This document shows positions 62,863-64,000 of a DNA stretch of 64,000 nucleotides, in pieces; position 1 is the stretch's first letter; every line of letters begins with the position of its first letter. The stretch comes from Sandaracinaceae bacterium (GTDB lineage: Bacteria > Myxococcota_A > Polyangia > Polyangiales > Sandaracinaceae). The position numbers and the translations under genes were made by a program. Below the pieces are notes generated by a model. The model was not told the origin of the DNA. It was given only the letters and a program-made list of their open reading frames with translations, and did not search any database. The DNA lies in NCBI GenBank assembly GCA_044220955.1, contig JBGAQA010000001.1:70962-134961 (forward strand). Direction: 5' to 3'.

Positions 62863-64000
62863 TCAGGGAAGCGCGCGCTCGCGCCGGGGGAGCAGGAACG
62901 CGAGGGCCGCAGGGAGGCGCTCTGCCCAGTAGGCCTCGCTGTGCTCCCCGCCGGGCTGCACGACGTAGCGGAAGTCCGCGCCTTCGACGTAGCCGACGGC
63001 GCGGTACGCCGCCGCGAGGCTCGCGGTGTCGGTGACGCCGTCCATGGAGTCGCCGGAGTCACCGGAGTCGACGTACACGCGCAGCGCCCGGGTCGCGTGG
63101 GCTGGGATCGTGCCGATCTCTCCGATCAGCTCCGTGCCGTCCCACCACGTGCTCGGGCTCATCGCGCCGATGAGGCCGAAGGTGTCGGACCGCACCACGC
63201 CGGCATGAGCGCTGATCAGCCCACCGAGGGAGCTGCCCATCATCGCGGTGTCCGCGCGGCCGGTGCGCGTACGGAGGGACGCATCGACCATCGGGCGGAG
63301 CTCCTCCACGAGCGCGCGGAGATAGAGGTCTCCTCGCCCGCCGCCGCGGGTCGGGTCGACCGTCGGCGTGTACTCGTCGATCCGGCTCGCGGTGTTGGCG
63401 ACGCCGATGACGATCGTGGCGTCGAACGTGTCGCAGATGCCGCTCGCGCACTCGCCGTCGCTCGCGCACGCGGTGGCGCCGTCCGCGCAGAGGCCGCCCT
63501 CGCCCGCAGCGTCCATCGTCTCGTCGACCTGCCACTCGACGTGGCCGAAGGCGAGCGCGGCATCGAAGAGGTTCTGACCGTCGTGCATGGTGAGCACCGT
63601 GAAGTGCGCCGCGGTGTTCTCGTCGTACGCCGCCGGCAGGTACGCGTACACGACGCGCGTGTTGCCGAGCAGCGTGGACGACCACGCCGGCAAGAGCGTT
63701 TCCACGCGCCCGCTCGTCGCCACGAAGTGCGGCGCGATCTCGATCCGCTGGCCCGGCGCGACGTGGAAGTTCGGTCCGCGCGACCACGTGGCGTCGTCGA
63801 GGAGCGGCTTGAACTCGATCGCCGCCGCGAGCCCGTGGAGCGCGACCTCGTAGACGCCGCCGCCGGTCTCGGGCACCGCGATCCCGCTCGTCCACGAGAG
63901 CGGCGCGCCCGAGCCGCGCAGCGTGATCGTGTGGCCGGCCGGGTAGACGATGCGGATCGTGGTGACGACGGCGAACGCGTCCTGCGTCGCGGCGTCCGCC
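62863..64000 (-). CDS. Esterase-family alpha/beta hydrolase with an N-terminal CBM20-like domain; 5' end outside the window
   Basis: Frame is open to the window edge; LRGSGAPLSW, MHDGQNLF, GSSLGG, H.E.YWA.RLP. Confidence 0.88.
   Translation of the reverse strand, partial: ADAATQDAFAVVTTIRIVYPAGHTITLRGSGAPLSWTSGIAVPETGGGVYEVALHGLAAAIEFKPLLDDATWSRGPNFHVAPGQRIEIAPHFVATSGRVETLLPAWSSTLLGNTRVVYAYLPAAYDENTAAHFTVLTMHDGQNLFDAALAFGHVEWQVDETMDAAGEGGLCADGATACASDGECASGICDTFDATIVIGVANTASRIDEYTPTVDPTRGGGRGDLYLRALVEELRPMVDASLRTRTGRADTAMMGSSLGGLISAHAGVVRSDTFGLIGAMSPSTWWDGTELIGEIGTIPAHATRALRVYVDSGDSGDSMDGVTDTASLAAAYRAVGYVEGADFRYVVQPGGEHSEAYWAERLPAALAFLLPRRERALP

Overview
Very GC-rich, gene-dense bacterial window. 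Ser/Thr kinases, Cys-rich lipoproteins with DAG linkers, a MYXO-CTERM-like tail and a sigma54 activator suggest a myxobacterium (Polyangia/Sandaracinaceae-like); this is inference. About 60 CDS are supportable. Housekeeping genes: rplU-rpmA, hemA with a ccsA-like gene, hemH, a nei/fpg-family glycosylase, prlC, rlmM, a MrfA/MrfB-type helicase-exonuclease pair, an RND efflux pair, and thiolase with MaoC. There is a purine catabolism cluster (puuD-allB-alc-uraD-uraH) followed directly by a HiPIP. No rRNA, tRNA, CRISPR array or intact transposase was seen. The most unusual items are: (1) a three-domain isochorismatase/nicotinamidase-like + kinase + CX5R phosphatase protein with altered catalytic residues; (2) a translationally coupled atypical phosphorelay (lipoprotein-TPR kinase, atypical receiver, stand-alone H-box protein, sigma54 activator with a Cys/His insert) followed by a sigma54 promoter; (3) an orphan sigma54 promoter in front of a ~100-nt hairpin, a candidate sRNA; (4) a copper monooxygenase / Gly-ending Cys-rich lipoprotein / beta-propeller operon; (5) a dispersed GGGGTCACTCCAC palindromic repeat family. 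All family calls come from motif recognition by eye; no database search was run. Several start codons were re-picked from the ORF track.
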